This document shows, piece after piece, positions 1 to 12,073 of a stretch of DNA of 64,000 nucleotides (positions within the stretch are counted from its first letter, which is position 1; every line of letters begins with the position of its first letter). Location of the stretch: assembly GCA_900088475.1 (NCBI GenBank), contig FLMG01000116.1:1-64000 (forward strand), given 5' to 3'. The position numbers and the translations under genes are program-made. Under the pieces are notes generated by a model. That model searched no databases and was not told the origin of the DNA. It saw only the letters and a list, made by a program, of their open reading frames with translations. Source of the stretch: Hyphochytrium catenoides (Eukaryota > Protista > Hyphochytriomycota).

Positions 1-1776
1 CTCCTGAGCAGTGCTTTCTTTTCTTTCAGCAGGCTTCGTAGTTGGCGCCGGCTCGTCGCCGCTGACCTTTTCTCCTTGTTGGGACTGGTCTTCCTGCTGC
101 GGAGGCGGAGGGGTAGATGATGTGGGATTGAGATCTTTATCCGGAAGAGTGAGATTGCTCCCTGAGGTATCCGCATTGGACGCCGCGGTTTCTGTCGGTG
201 TTGAAGATGGGGAGGAAGGAGAGGGCGTCACCAGACTGACGGTGGGACTGTCTGATGGAGGGCTTGACATCTCAGCCGTTGGTTTTGGGTCTGAAGAGGT
301 CGGAGTGGGTGTAGGAGCTGGGGTAGAGACTTCCGTAGGTGTCGAGGTACTGGGTTCAGCCGTAGGTGCAGGGGTAGGAGGAGCTGTAGAGGCAGAGGTA
401 AAGGAGGCAGGAGGGGCCGAAGTTGGAGAGTCAGTATGGATAGGGGGAGGAGACGCCGTATTGGAAGCAGTAGGAGAGACAGGGGTAGTAGTCGCAGAAA
501 CAGGTTCAGGAGTAATGAACACCAAGGGAGAAGTGGTAGTCGTAGAAGGCCCAGGGGTAGGAGTAGAAGAAGGCTCAGGGGTAGGAGTCGTAGAAGGCTC
601 AGGGTTAAGAGCCGTAGTCGGCGGAGATGGAGCAGACGCAGTAGGCGACGTAGGAGGAAAAGTAGAAGAGGTAGATGTCGGCACAGGGGGCGTCGTAGTT
701 GGAGCTTCTTCAGAAAGAACCGAAGATGGAGTAGAAGCTGTAGGGCTTGGCTCACCAGTGGTAGCGGCCGGTGTCGGGAAAGAAGTAGGGGCAGGGGTAG
801 GAACAGAACTAGCGGCAGGGGTCGGCGCAGGAGTAACGGCCGGAGTGGGCACTGAACTAGGAGCCGCAGTGGCCAAAGGAGTAGGGGCCGGAGTCGGGAC
901 AGGAGTAGGCGATGGGGTGGGCAGAGAAGTAGGGGCCGGAGTGGGGACAGAAGTAGAGGCCGGAGGAGGAAGAGTACCTGTAGGGGCAGTGGTAGGGGAC
1001 GGCGTGGGTGCAACAGTGGGAGCAGGGGTAGGAGCAGCGGTTGGGGCAGGCGTGACAACAGGCTGCGGGTTATCTGAGGGAGCCCCAGAGATAAGACTTG
1101 ATGGTGTCACGGACTCCGCAGAAGCGCTGTAGCTTCTCCCAGCAGCGTCCGTAGCGTGGATAGTGTACCTTCCTCTGATATTCAAGCCTGAAGCCAAGTA
1201 GTAGTTGAGGCCACCAGCACCAAAGGGCATCTCTGTGAATTGTCCAGGGGGATACTCCAAGGACAGCTTTGTGATAGGTGAGTGGAAGTTAGTGGGATGC
1301 ACCGCCAGCCAGTTAGGGTTGACGCCATCCTTAACATAGAATCCCACGTCCCCGGAAACGCCCATCTGGCCGTCGCAGTCAACGAGCTCCCATGAAGCCG
1401 TGAGACGAGCGGGATAAGAGCCAGTGACAGCTCTAAAGAGAGTATCAGAGAGATCTAGATCTCCTTCCTTGCACTCTGGGCACCGATTAGTTATCATCCC
1501 TAGGACGGTGTTAGAGCCATAGGTGATTTTGACACAACGCCCGCAGACCTGTTGCAAGCCGAGGCTATCCCATAGCACTTGGTTGATGGCGACAAAGTGC
1601 TTCTTGGCAGGTGAGGGCAGATCTTGGTAGAGACAAGCTCCTCCTTCCCAGCCGTCCCCGTAAGCCGTGATATCTCCAGTACGTTTTTGAGCATCAGAGG
1701 AGTTGATGAGAAAAGCCAGGAGAAGTAAGGCCGTTAAGACCTTGACGTTGCTCTGTCTTGAGGCCATTGGAGCCAT
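1..1776 (-). CDS. Secreted expansin-like protein (signal peptide, DPBB, CBM63, long Pro/Thr/Ser-rich tail); 3' end beyond window edge
   Basis: ATG at 1776; frame open to base 1, so absent from the ORF track. Translation: MAPMASRQSNVKVLTALLLLAFLINSSDA|QKRTGDITAYGDGWEGGAC...FVAIN...CGRCVKI...ITNRCPECKEGDLDLSDTLF...ASWELVDC (DPBB), then FYVKDGVNPNWLAVHPTNFHSPITKL...GLNYYL (CBM63-like), then PTPAPT repeats. Confidence 0.9.
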   Translation of the reverse strand, partial: MAPMASRQSNVKVLTALLLLAFLINSSDAQKRTGDITAYGDGWEGGACLYQDLPSPAKKHFVAINQVLWDSLGLQQVCGRCVKITYGSNTVLGMITNRCPECKEGDLDLSDTLFRAVTGSYPARLTASWELVDCDGQMGVSGDVGFYVKDGVNPNWLAVHPTNFHSPITKLSLEYPPGQFTEMPFGAGGLNYYLASGLNIRGRYTIHATDAAGRSYSASAESVTPSSLISGAPSDNPQPVVTPAPTAAPTPAPTVAPTPSPTTAPTGTLPPPASTSVPTPAPTSLPTPSPTPVPTPAPTPLATAAPSSVPTPAVTPAPTPAASSVPTPAPTSFPTPAATTGEPSPTASTPSSVLSEEAPTTTPPVPTSTSSTFPPTSPTASAPSPPTTALNPEPSTTPTPEPSSTPTPGPSTTTTSPLVFITPEPVSATTTPVSPTASNTASPPPIHTDSPTSAPPASFTSASTAPPTPAPTAEPSTSTPTEVSTPAPTPTPTSSDPKPTAEMSSPPSDSPTVSLVTPSPSSPSSTPTETAASNADTSGSNLTLPDKDLNPTSSTPPPPQQEDQSQQGEKVSGDEPAPTTKPAERKESTAQE

Positions 1777-2160
1777 ATCTAAGTCAATTTGGCCTAGTTG
1801 ACTGGAACCAGCAAGCTACTGTTGAAATAAGGGAGAGAGAGGTTTGAAGCAGCCGTCTCACAAAGAGATCTCAGGGCTGTGGGATGAGCCTGAGAACTTG
1901 ATAGGCAGGTTGCCGGTGGCCAGAAGATTGATGAATGAGCAGATCTTCGGACGCGACTTGGGCCTTGGACTCATCTCTTGTTGGTGTCTCCTTCTATAGC
2001 CGTCAAGGATCACCTTCTGGACATCTGTGCAACTTCTACTTGTACTTTCTTTCCCTTCTGGCCGTTCATTCTTATGTATGTTCAAAGGGCGGGCAACCAC
2101 GGCCCTGGCGCCAGCAGCACATGAGATACAGGCTCATGAGCGACCCATCATGACACACCC

Positions 2161-2279
2161 TCTCCTCTCTGTCTCTATCTCATCTTCCTCTCTCTCGTCC
2201 CTCCTTGCATTGACTTCCTTGGCTTCATCTTCTTTGCTCTCCTCTCCTTCTCTCTCTCTCTCTCTCTCTTGTTCTCTCT

Positions 2280-2310
<31 letters not shown>

Positions 2311-2480
2311 CCTCTCTCTGTGTTTCCCCTTCTCTTAGCCCTCACTTACCACTGTTTACCAAAAATAGCTCCTCGATCTTAGGAGTAGAAGCTGGTTTTA
2401 TTTATTCCTTGCCTTTCAGTCAGCAACTACTGCGTCTCTCTCTTTCTCTCTCTCTCTCCCGTTTTCTCGCTCTCTCTCCC
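2161..2480. repeat. (CT)n microsatellite / polypyrimidine tracts
   Basis: Long CT dinucleotide runs at about 2240-2320 and 2435-2480. Confidence 0.9.
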
Positions 2481-2788
2481 TCGCAGCAAAACAGCGTTCA
2501 CGGTGTAAAACCTTTCCCTCTGTCTCACTTTCATTCCGTACTCTGTCTTCCATCCGACTCCCATCACTTCAATCAGTTGAAGCCCTTGTTACCTTACCCT
2601 TTCTGACAGTAAAAAGCCCATGTCACAAACTGGAGCTCCACACCATAGATAACCTTAGCGCACCCAGCAGCCTCCACTATCCCATAGATAATATTAGGGA
2701 CAGCTGAGGGGCTCACGCCTCATACGCCTACAGGCACGCCAGTGCATGGCGCTCTCTGACTGGATGATGGATTCTTAGCTGCCCTCCT

Positions 2789-2878
2789 ATTGGCTGCTTT
2801 CAGTAACTGCTGATTGGCTGAGGGAGGGAGGTTACCTTTCTGATTGGCTTAGACCTTGTGGTGCTGGGCTGTGATTGG
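2789..2878 (-). promoter_or_regulatory. Array of four CCAAT boxes (NF-Y-type)
   Basis: ATTGG at 2789, 2813, 2843 and 2874; three are in TGATTGGC context (GCCAATCA on - strand). Spacing 24/30/31 bp, about 1 kb upstream of the expansin ATG. Confidence 0.55.
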
Positions 2879-3129
2879 CCTACTAGTCAAATGGTCAAAA
2901 GGCCTCGCACTCCTGGAGTAGCTCTGTGGGCGGGTACAAACTGGCTCTGTCTGTGCACTTGTTTCGTTGGTGGTGTCGCATCTCTCTCTCTCATTCTGAC
3001 TCTTCCTCGTTTTGACTCTCCTCTAACTTAGGGATTTCCTTATCTTCCTATCTGCTGTTTTCCTGTCTCTCTGATGCTCTGTCTCGTTGGGTGTTTTTGT
3101 TGGAAGAGAGAGAGCATTCAAAGCCTCGA

Positions 3130-3725
3130 TGAACCGCAATGCCCAAAATACTGAACATAGGCGCAGGAGCGCAAAAGGTGCGGACGGGTCTGCCTTCATG
3201 AAGAGCTTCGTAGATCCGAATCCACCTGGATCAGCACTTGCAATACGCACAATGTACGTAAAGCCACGGTAACTGGCCCAAAAGGCTCGTCCCTTCATTA
3301 GAAGTAGTACAGTACGAATAAGGAAGTCAGTGATGGCTCTGTCTGGCGTGCTGCGAGGTCCCGCGCTGGCGACCTGCCAGCAGAGATCAAAAAGCATCTG
3401 CAGCGGCGTGACGATGCCGCCGACAGCTGGCAAGATGACTGGCGGAGCGCTGCGGTTCATAAAGCGCGCTGTATATAACATCGAAAAGGCAGGTGCATAT
3501 CTTTGAGGCGAATGAGCGGTAAACTAGGAGATAAAAAGTACGGCGTGTATACACTTGATATCACCTTCCAGCTGAGCTGATGTTGGCTGACAGCCCGACT
3601 TTGTGGAACGCATGGGTTGAAAGCTTTCGTTTCGCGAGAGAAGTTTGACGCTGTGCAGACCAACCATGCAGGCTCCGGGCTCTTCGGCACCATCCAGCTG
3701 GGAGGCTCTAGGGAGATCGCATAAA
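3130..3725 (+). pseudogene. Possible decayed coding remnant
   Basis: Protein-like frame (…VCLHEELRRSESTW…DGSVWRAARSRAGDLPAEIKKHLQRRDDAADSW…) interrupted by TGA/TAG/TAA; no consistent exon model. Confidence 0.2.
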
Positions 3726-4154
3726 GATGATGCTCGGGTTGTGATGACATTGAGGCTATAAGAGCTAATCAATGTAACGCCAGATCACATCGCAGAGGAG
3801 ATAGATTGCTCACACAGAAGTTGAACTGCGAATAGTATGCCTAAAGGCCTCTTGATGATGACATCGTCGACGGTAGATTTCCTCTTGATGGTACAGCACA
3901 CACTGCTAGTTATGAGTCACAAGGAGACCAATGGGAACAAAAAGAAGTAGCAAGATACACTATGACTGTGAGCGAGTGACAACGGCAACCTCATAATGTA
4001 ACATAAAATGAGCATGTAGCTGTCTATAAATAGTAAGGTGATGCCTTCCATCAAGTGTCATGCATCTGGTACAAGGCAGGAAGCCATGCTTTCCTTCTTA
4101 GCTCTGTCAAGATGCTTTTTGCTTTTGCAGACTGCCTACGAACTTCTCTCTGGA

Positions 4155-6303
4155 TTACGTTGAAGCGTTATCTGTGGTGTCTTCTGGAATTGCCGCCAGC
4201 GCAGCTTTCTCTGTGCTTTCCACGCCTTGGGTTCCAATAGTGGCTGGCTTGTTCCTTAGACTCGCATCCAGCTGCTCGAGTTTGGCGCTAGAAGGGATCA
4301 ATTGGAGCCGATAAATGAAGGAGAAAAAAGAGTTGAGAAGATGATGGGGAGCTCCAGACACAATGAGAAATGTCAAGTCTGAGCAGCAGCCAATGTAGTG
4401 CCTCTACCGCCTTCTGAATGCCGCTTCTTCCAAGTACTTCCCTCCCAACTTGCTCTTTTTCAATCACTTTCCTACTACTTACATCAAGCTTGAGAGACCA
4501 ACAGTATCCTCTCTTAGTTCTCTGGATAGTCCTTCTAGGTAGGCGGTGGACTCTGCCATCTGCCTCTGATACTCTTGAACCGATTGATCTCTTGCCGCGA
4601 TCTCTTCCAAAGATAAGGGACGGAAGGGCTGAAATGTGACACTATGGATACCGCGGCTCTGCAGAGGACAAGAGGACGGTCAGACCTGAGAAACCCTCAA
4701 GAGAGTAGATGCAAATTGCAGCCAAGCACCAAGAGACATTAGAGCAAGAAATGAAGAGGAATAGGACCGAGAGCAACAGCTTCCGCCAAGGATGGCACCT
4801 GAAACTCCATATTACCTCGACAAATAAAGAGAGATGCTGCAACTGCTTTGACTTCATCTCGAATCCAGCCCTAAGCGCCTCCTTCTCGGCCTCAAAGGCA
4901 GCTAGGGCGGCGTAAGGAAGGGCGGTTATAGAGGGAGGATTCAGGACAAAAGTAGAGCGATAGTGTTAGAAAGGAGATGCAGAGAGATGTAGGAGAGAAA
5001 GAGAGACAGGCGGAGTGAGTTACCTGACATCTGCTGCACTTCAGCCAAATGCTTTTGCTTCAAAGCTTCAGTCTCTTCTTTTGCCTGATCAAGTTCCATA
5101 CACTTCTCCTTTAGCTGCGCCTGAAGGCATTCGCCGATGAGGGTGTATTTTTACAATGACACAAGGGTTAAACCAAGGTTTAAGTGACCGCAGGAAGACA
5201 GTGGGGACGGAGGGCACTTAGAAAGTCATGATGGCTACTGCTCTGACCTCTAGGGCGGCGATTTGTGAGAGATAGCCAGCCGCTGTAGCATCACCGGACT
5301 TCTTTTTCTCAGCTGCGAGCTTTGATTCTTCTCTTCTCTGTTGCTGCTCCTCCAATTTTTTCAAGGCAATGCTGCATTGTCATCATTAGGTCTTGTTAGA
5401 GCGGTTCATTGTCTACATCCTACCACTGTGCTTCGTTAGACCTTACTCACCTCCTCGTTCGAGACAGTTCACGGTTAGCGGAGGGTTGAGCTTCTGAGGC
5501 TCGACTCCCGAATGCTATTCCGTTACTTGGCATTACGGAGCGCCTAGCAGAAGGAGGGCTACGTGGAAAGATTAGCTGCTTAAGGCGCTCGACGGAACGC
5601 CTGAATATTGAATATATGGAAGAAATAGAGGCCAAGGAAGACTATCATACCCTTAAGAGCATGTAAGAAGGAAAAAGAGTAGAGTTAATATGGCGAAAGC
5701 TGATTACGTGATTGTGCCTCACGATGCTCTCTCGCGAGATCAAGCAGGGAAAATGCTATGTAGCAGATGCAGACTAAGAGATCCTAAGGAGGAATGAGGT
5801 CGCCCCGGTGGAATAGTGCAATATATTCTTTGAGAATTTCCTTGAGTTTACCGCTTAATGGGTCCTCCGGCAGCGCCCGCTTTGCTGGGAGGAATGCCCG
5901 TCTGACTGCCATTGGACTCCGTATTTTCCTTGTCCCGAGAAGCTATCCCGGAAGCGTCCGAGCTCTTTGCAGATGCAACGGTGCTAACCGTTGGTCGCGA
6001 TGTGAGTATACGGCTAGGGCCAGAGGAGTTTGCCAAACGAGCGTTGTTTGATGAGGGACCTGTCCTCATGGTCCCAACTAAGCGCAGGAAGCACTGAACT
6101 AGAGTTTGAGTTGAAAAGCCGCCTTGGATTGATCTTCTCGTGGTTCCTGTACACACCTCCCGGACTAGAGTTATTCTCTCGATTGTCACAGAGACTCCTT
6201 GCCTTTCTCCTGGCCTTATCCGCTGTCCAGAGTCCAGAGGTCCGGCATGTCACCAGCAGAGCTGCATCGATAGGATCATCGTTGCCTTTACGTTCCACAG
6301 TTC
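4155..6303 (-). CDS. Uncharacterised spliced coiled-coil protein (5' end unresolved)
   Basis: Phase-consistent GT-AG exons give …PIKR|RSVERLKQLIFPRSPPSARRS…|IALKKLEEQQQRREESKLAAEKKK…|AQLKEKCMELDQAKEETEALKQKHLAEVQQMS|AAFEAEKEALRAGFE…|SRGIHSV…SSLI|AKLEQLDASLRNK…ST*, stop at 4155. Confidence 0.7.
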
Positions 6304-6712
6304 TACAGATGAAGGAAGACAGAGGAAGGAGAGATTATAACCGTTGAAGTTTGAAATACTTCGAGTTCGCACCACAGAAGCCGTTGGCGCAGATAACGGC
6401 TAGGTTTGATGCTCCATCTCTATCTCTACGAAGACTTTTCTTTCTCTGAATGACCTGCGGCCTGCAGCGCTCTCTTAACAGACGACTCATCGCCGGCTGT
6501 GCCTTCTTGGCTTGCTACCTGGTACGTGCCCTCAAGTCTTCAAGAGCCTAGCACTCAAGGTACCTACCATAGCGGCGATTAGTCTTGGTAAGAGAGGGTG
6601 CTCTTTCACTCTTGGTAGTCGTATATTATTGTACCTAGAGGGGGCTGCGAAGGAGGTCGCAACATCGGTCTCCGGCATAGCTTATAGTCCTTCGAGCGAG
6701 AACTACAGCAAA

Positions 6713-8412
6713 ATGGTGGCGACACGTTCTGCAAGACCCAAGGGGCCCACAAAGCCTAAGGCTACCCGAAAGCGAAACGCGGATGATCCAATTCCAGAGA
6801 GCACAACTATAAAGAGCCAGGCCGTACAGCAAGAAAGCAATGCAAGACGCTGGGCCGATGAAATAGAGAAAGCTGGTAAGGGTAGACGCTTCTGGGAAGG
6901 AAAGTTCGTAGTTCTGAGGAATCTGAGGCGGTAGTAACGAAGCAAGAGAGAGAAAATAAGCCAATGGAGGCCAAGTGGTTGCGTTGACGTATAAGACGCT
7001 GACTTGAGGTCTACAGTCGATGAGGAATGCCAAGAGATACTTCGAGTGACGGAACAGCTTGTGGGAGACATAAGGATACTCTTCGAGGTGAGAGGCTTTC
7101 CCTTGACAGCTCTTGCCAGAGGCTTACCTACGGCTTTGTGGTGTCCAGAGTTGCATTTCAAGCCTGCCAGAACATCTCAGAACCATGAAAATATCGCAAT
7201 TCATGTCGTCCTATGGCGGGAAGGCAGCATTACTTAGCGCCGAGGAGCTAATGTACGGCCTATCGGCTTTGTCATTTCTCTAATGAGTTCACTCTAATCT
7301 CTCAATCTGCTATGCAGCAAGTCTAGCGCAAAACTAAATGGAAAGCGGCAGCTTGATGCCTCTACGGTTGTTGAACCCTGTCGGAAGGTAAGGGAGATGA
7401 TGCTTGTGGAGACGTTCCCGGGCCTTTCTCCCCAGAATGGAATTTTATTATAGCAAAATCGCTGACAAGTAATCTCTCTTAGCTCGCTAACTTCACTCTA
7501 TTATGGTCTCCCTATCGTGAGTTTGACTTTCCCTTTCTCCACTTCAGAACTCAAAGAAACCGAGAACAGATCCGGTAGCTGCCGAACAAACGCCCAGTAA
7601 AATCATCCCACAGACCCCTAGTCGGAGCACCCGCTCAAATGCTACCTATCAGACCCCCGCCTTTGATCATAGGTTGCCTCAAACTCCAGCCACCCAGGTG
7701 AGGGAGGAGGCTGCAGCAGTGGCGTGCAGGGGTTAATAGATCAAGAAAGAACTTAAAGCTCACATGACCATAGATCCGAAGACCACGACGGGGTGAAAGT
7801 ATTATGTCTGTCAACGGATCACCCCTAGGCGATCTACGGTAATATTCCATATCTTTCCCTCGACCTCATCGGCTCAATGCTTCCTCTCCAGCGCAAGCAG
7901 GGCGGATACTGTCCTTCTTCGTTATTCTAGGTTTAGTTTATAGCGAAGATCTTCTGTGATGTTATCTGTGTGCTTTCTGTAGTTGCTTCACCGTCATCTT
8001 TAGCCACTTGCCGCTGTCGTGCCTCTTACAGTATCTGCTCGTTCAATGCACATGGTGGCGTATAGAACTGCTAGAGCAGTTATCGGAAGGACGAGTGATG
8101 AGTGTCAGGATGTGGCGGTTGAGGTTCTGCACAAGGATGGAATGTTTGTGAATCTTCTGGAGCCTGGAGCTGCTGTAAGTTACCTCTGACTAGGAAACGT
8201 AACTTTCCGTCTTGTAGGAATTCTCCTCTTCCTCTTTTCTGTGTGTTTCGCTTCTTTACGCTCACTGGAAGAGAAAGGGTGACATCCCCTGGTCTTGTAG
8301 CTAACTATGGTCCACCCAGGCGTTGCTGGATGAAGAAAGTAAGCAGGACGCTCTAAGCCAGCTTCAGAACTTGCAAGACAAGGTGGCCTCTCTCATGGAG
8401 CAGCTTCTCTAG
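6713..8412 (+). CDS. CDCA8: Borealin (chromosomal passenger complex subunit), 8 exons, 274 aa
   Basis: Exons 6713-6875, 7017-7087, 7149-7252, 7318-7387, 7548-7697, 7774-7838, 8066-8174, 8320-8412 join in phase. N-terminal Nbl1/Borealin helix ending SLPEHLRTMKISQFMSSYGG; C-terminal motif TPAFDHRLPQTP…RRPRRGESIMSVNGSPLG; terminal helix LDEESKQDALSQLQNLQDKVASLM. Confidence 0.85.
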
Positions 8413-8906
8413 GCCCAGCGGTACTCTAGACCGCAAACGGCTGACGCCAATCCATTAACAAAGGGCTCGGTGAAACGATGGAACCTGCCTTGATCTGGGA
8501 TGAGACCTGCGCAATCCCAGGTTCATCAGACCACTAAACACAGTTGCACTACGTCACCCGCCTCACTCGCAAGAGTGACTGCTAATGCAGTGTCCAAGGG
8601 CGAGACGATGCAGCGACAAAGCGGCACACAAGAGGAGATGAACAAAGGGGAAGAGGGTCAATCTTGCTCTTTCATAGCAGCATTGATTGACACTTTTTAA
8701 GTAGAAGTACATTGTAACTATAAACCTTCAAGATGCTACCCTTTCATCCACTCAATCACCTCCAGTGCTTGGAGCCCGGAGACAATTTCCTATCTCACAC
8801 TCCAAGTACAAGCCAAGCAGAGTGCTCAGAGACGACCAAGCCTGCTAATCGTGCGCGGTGTGCAAAAGTCTCCCAATTCGTCTCTGTGTCCCGACTGCTA
8901 GAGCCA

Positions 8907-11278
8907 TTACATAGAGAACTGCCTTTTGTCTCCAGGTTGTCTCTTTCCATAAGGATTCTCAGCGCTAAAGGCATGGCCACTTTGCGCCAGTCTTCGTTCC
9001 TTTCCCTTGAGATTGTTGGCCTGTTTTCTTGCTGTCTTTCCGGACGTCTTTATATTCAGGTTGACGCCAGGAGGGACAGTAAAGCCAAAAGCCTTTCCTA
9101 CCGCCTGTACGACAGGGATTGCAGTCCAGACGAGACTATGGTGAATATACGGTGCTGCAGAAAGCAATGGAACAAATTCATTGAGAAGTAGGAAGTGTCG
9201 GGTAGGAGATACCCGATAGAAGATGAGGATGCAGAAAGTAAGATTAAATAGAGAAAAAAGAGACAGAGAGCTATGAACCATTTAACCCTTACCTGCAAGT
9301 CGAGGTTGTGGACATTGAAAATGTCCTTTAATGAATGAGAGGCATACGCCAACAAGTAGGACCTATACCCATCCTTCGCACTCTTGTGCAGATAGTAATT
9401 TTTCTCAATGAGCTTTGTCAACTGAGACTGCACGTTCGCAATCTTCGACTGAGGAAATTCATACTCATTTAGAGCAACCTTAGCCTTTTTCAGGTACTTC
9501 AGAAAGGCTAGTTCTTCAGGAAGAAGAAAGAGCAGCGCTCTTCCTGATGTACCCGCTCCTCTAGCGGTTCTTCCCACTCTGTGGATGTACTCCCGAGGAT
9601 CATCAGGCGGGTCGTACTGAATAATCCAATCGACCGCTGGAATGTCTAGACCTCTGGCAGCCACGTCCGTACAAAGAAGAACACCAGTCTTTGCACTGCA
9701 GAAATCGAAGAAAGTGGTTGTTCTTTTCTGCTGCTTCTGCTTGCCGTGGATATCCTTGACGGGAATATCTATGTAATTCAGAAGCTCTCCGTGGAATTTG
9801 ACACTGTTGCAAGAAGAGAAGAAGACCATGATCTTCTTGTTCAAGTTCCTTTTCAGGAAGGTAAAGAGAAGGAGAAAGCGCTTGTCAGATGGGCAGACCA
9901 CGTAGCCCTGTTCCAGTCTGTTTACAGTGGCAATCTCTGCCTTGTCATCCACACCCACGTAGACAGCGTTACTCTTGACTGAGAGCCTGGCCAGATCTTC
10001 AACCTTCTTTGTCTGGGTTGCGCTGAAGAGCATGGACTGCCTCTCCTTGGGAAGAATCTTCACAATCTGGCGCATTTCTTCTTCAAAACCAATAGACAAA
10101 ATCCGATCTGCTTCGTCTATCACCAAGATCTGAAGATTGCGGTATTCAAATCCCTTTGTGTTCTGCAAGTGATCCAGCAACCTTCCGGGCGTAGCCACCA
10201 AGAGATTGACACCCTTGACCAGCTTGTCCGACTCTGTCTTCCTGTTAGCTCCCCCAATGACAAGCCCATGAGTTTGACTGTGGAACTGTGCAAGTTCCTG
10301 CACCACACCATAGATCTGTAATGCTAACTCCCGTGTAGGCGTGATGATGACGCAGCCAAGGCCACGGCGAGGGGTGAACTTTACCCGGCTGAGGAGCTCT
10401 ACTGAGGGGATAAGGAAGGCGAGAGTCTTTCCTGAACCTGTCTTAGCGGCACCTAGGAGATCTTTGCCCGCCAGTAGGTGTGGGATAGCCTTGGCCTGAA
10501 TTGGAGTCATGGTGGTGAACTCCATAGCTTTTAGAGCTTTTTGAGTGGCCTCAGAAAGGGGCATGGAGTCAAAGCGTTGATCAGAGAAGTAATCTACGCC
10601 ATTGGAAGCGTTCTCGGCATCCTTGGTCTCTTTATCTGCTGCCTCCCTCTTCAGTTTCTTGGCTGCTGGGGCCGTTGTCTCGTCTTTCTTCCCTTTCTCT
10701 CCGGACTTCACATCCTCTTCCTCCTCGTCAACATCCTCTCCTGCGCTCTCTCCGTCTTCATCACTCCCTTCTTCGTCCTCCTCCCCGTTCTTGATTTCCT
10801 CGAACTCCATATCACTGACTGACGAGTCGTCCTCCTCTTCTTCCCCATCTCCTGTCTCTTCGGAAGTGCCATCATCTTCTACGTCAGGGTGACCAGCCAA
10901 CTCGACGGGAGGTAGGTCCATCTCTTCGCTTCCGTCGCTTTCAGAACTTTCGCTCGGCTCAACTGGCTCTTCTTCAACCTTTTTCTTTCCCCCTGCCATC
11001 TTCATCATCTCTCTCTTCTTGCTATCATTCAGGGTCTTCTTCTCCTTCTCTACCTCCCCTCTCGCCGTTTTGGTCTTCGTTATCTCTACTATTTTGTTCT
11101 GTGTCTGAGCCCCACTCTTCTTTGTGGCCGCAGCAACTGTTGAAGCCCCTTTCTTTAAGGTTGCATTGTTCTTCTTCTGCACAGGCTCAGCTTGCTTGGA
11201 CTTTTCTACTGTGCCTTTGAGGAATCAGAGGTCAGCTCCGTGTAGGGAGGATGCTCAAGAAGTAATACCTACCGCCAT
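8907..11278 (-). CDS. DDX18: ATP-dependent DEAD-box RNA helicase HAS1/DDX18
   Basis: Motifs [47 protein letters not shown]; acidic N-terminus. Short first exon at 11278; last exon [12 protein letters not shown]…FSM* ends 8907. Confidence 0.95.
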
Positions 11279-11458
11279 TCTGTTTCATGGAACTCGAGGA
11301 AGGGCCAGGGTTCCGCTTCTTTCCAGCCACTTCGTCTTCTCTCTTTCGCTTTTTGATATCAGTGTTTCCATTCCCTCCCTTGCCTATCTTCTGGCCCTAC
11401 AACGGCTTATTTAGGAGACAATGAAAGGAGTCGCCCAAACCTGACCCGAGCTTGTCTC

Positions 11459-12004
11459 TTACCTTCTCCATCTCAGCTGGACCGTTCTTCTTACCCTTGC
11501 CCATAGTTCAATAAAGGCTCGCCAAGGAAGACGTAGACCGATCGCCCAACGTAGGCGGGCCCGCTTCAAGCGTCTTGTGGCTGGTCCGTAGCGCAGTGTG
11601 GGCGGCGATGACCTTTTGCGAGCTCTGACTCTGAAGCTGTCCCCATCATTGCTTTCTGCTGCTGAAGCTTCTGATTCTTCGTCTTCATACACCAACCGAC
11701 AGCACGCTAGAAATGGCTGGAAGAGCTATTAGCCGTATTCCCGATGAATATGTCATTTACAAGTAATAGGTACGGAAGGATTCGAAATGAGAAGAAGATA
11801 AGGATAACTAACCTCAGTTTAGCGCTGGTAACTATATGAGGAAGTCGGTAACGGCCATCCCCATGATTAGAACTCTGCTTTACTGTTCGTACCTGTGTGA
11901 GACAGGATCTGATGCGAATTCTGAAGCTTCTGGCTCCCTTTCTCTTTCTGCCATCTTACCTCGTTAGAAGCATCTAGGTGGTCAGGGGCCGAAGGCTTAT
12001 CCAT
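11459..12004 (-). CDS. Possible small spliced gene of unknown function
   Basis: ATG at 12004 and good donors (GTAAGA, GTTAGT) give MDKPSAPDHLDASNE|VRTVKQ…; I could not phase-join this cleanly to the downstream ORF 11459-11695. Confidence 0.2.
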
Positions 12005-12073
12005 ACTTTGAGATATCTGTCGTCATAAAGAAGCCAGGCGGCGCTTGCCTTGAAGTCTCACGATACCATCAAG

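Noticed and set aside
11-1132. 373-aa Gly/Val-rich + strand ORF and overlapping Leu- or Arg-rich ORFs
   Set aside because: Antisense or off-frame shadows of the Pro/Thr repeat tail of the - strand expansin gene.
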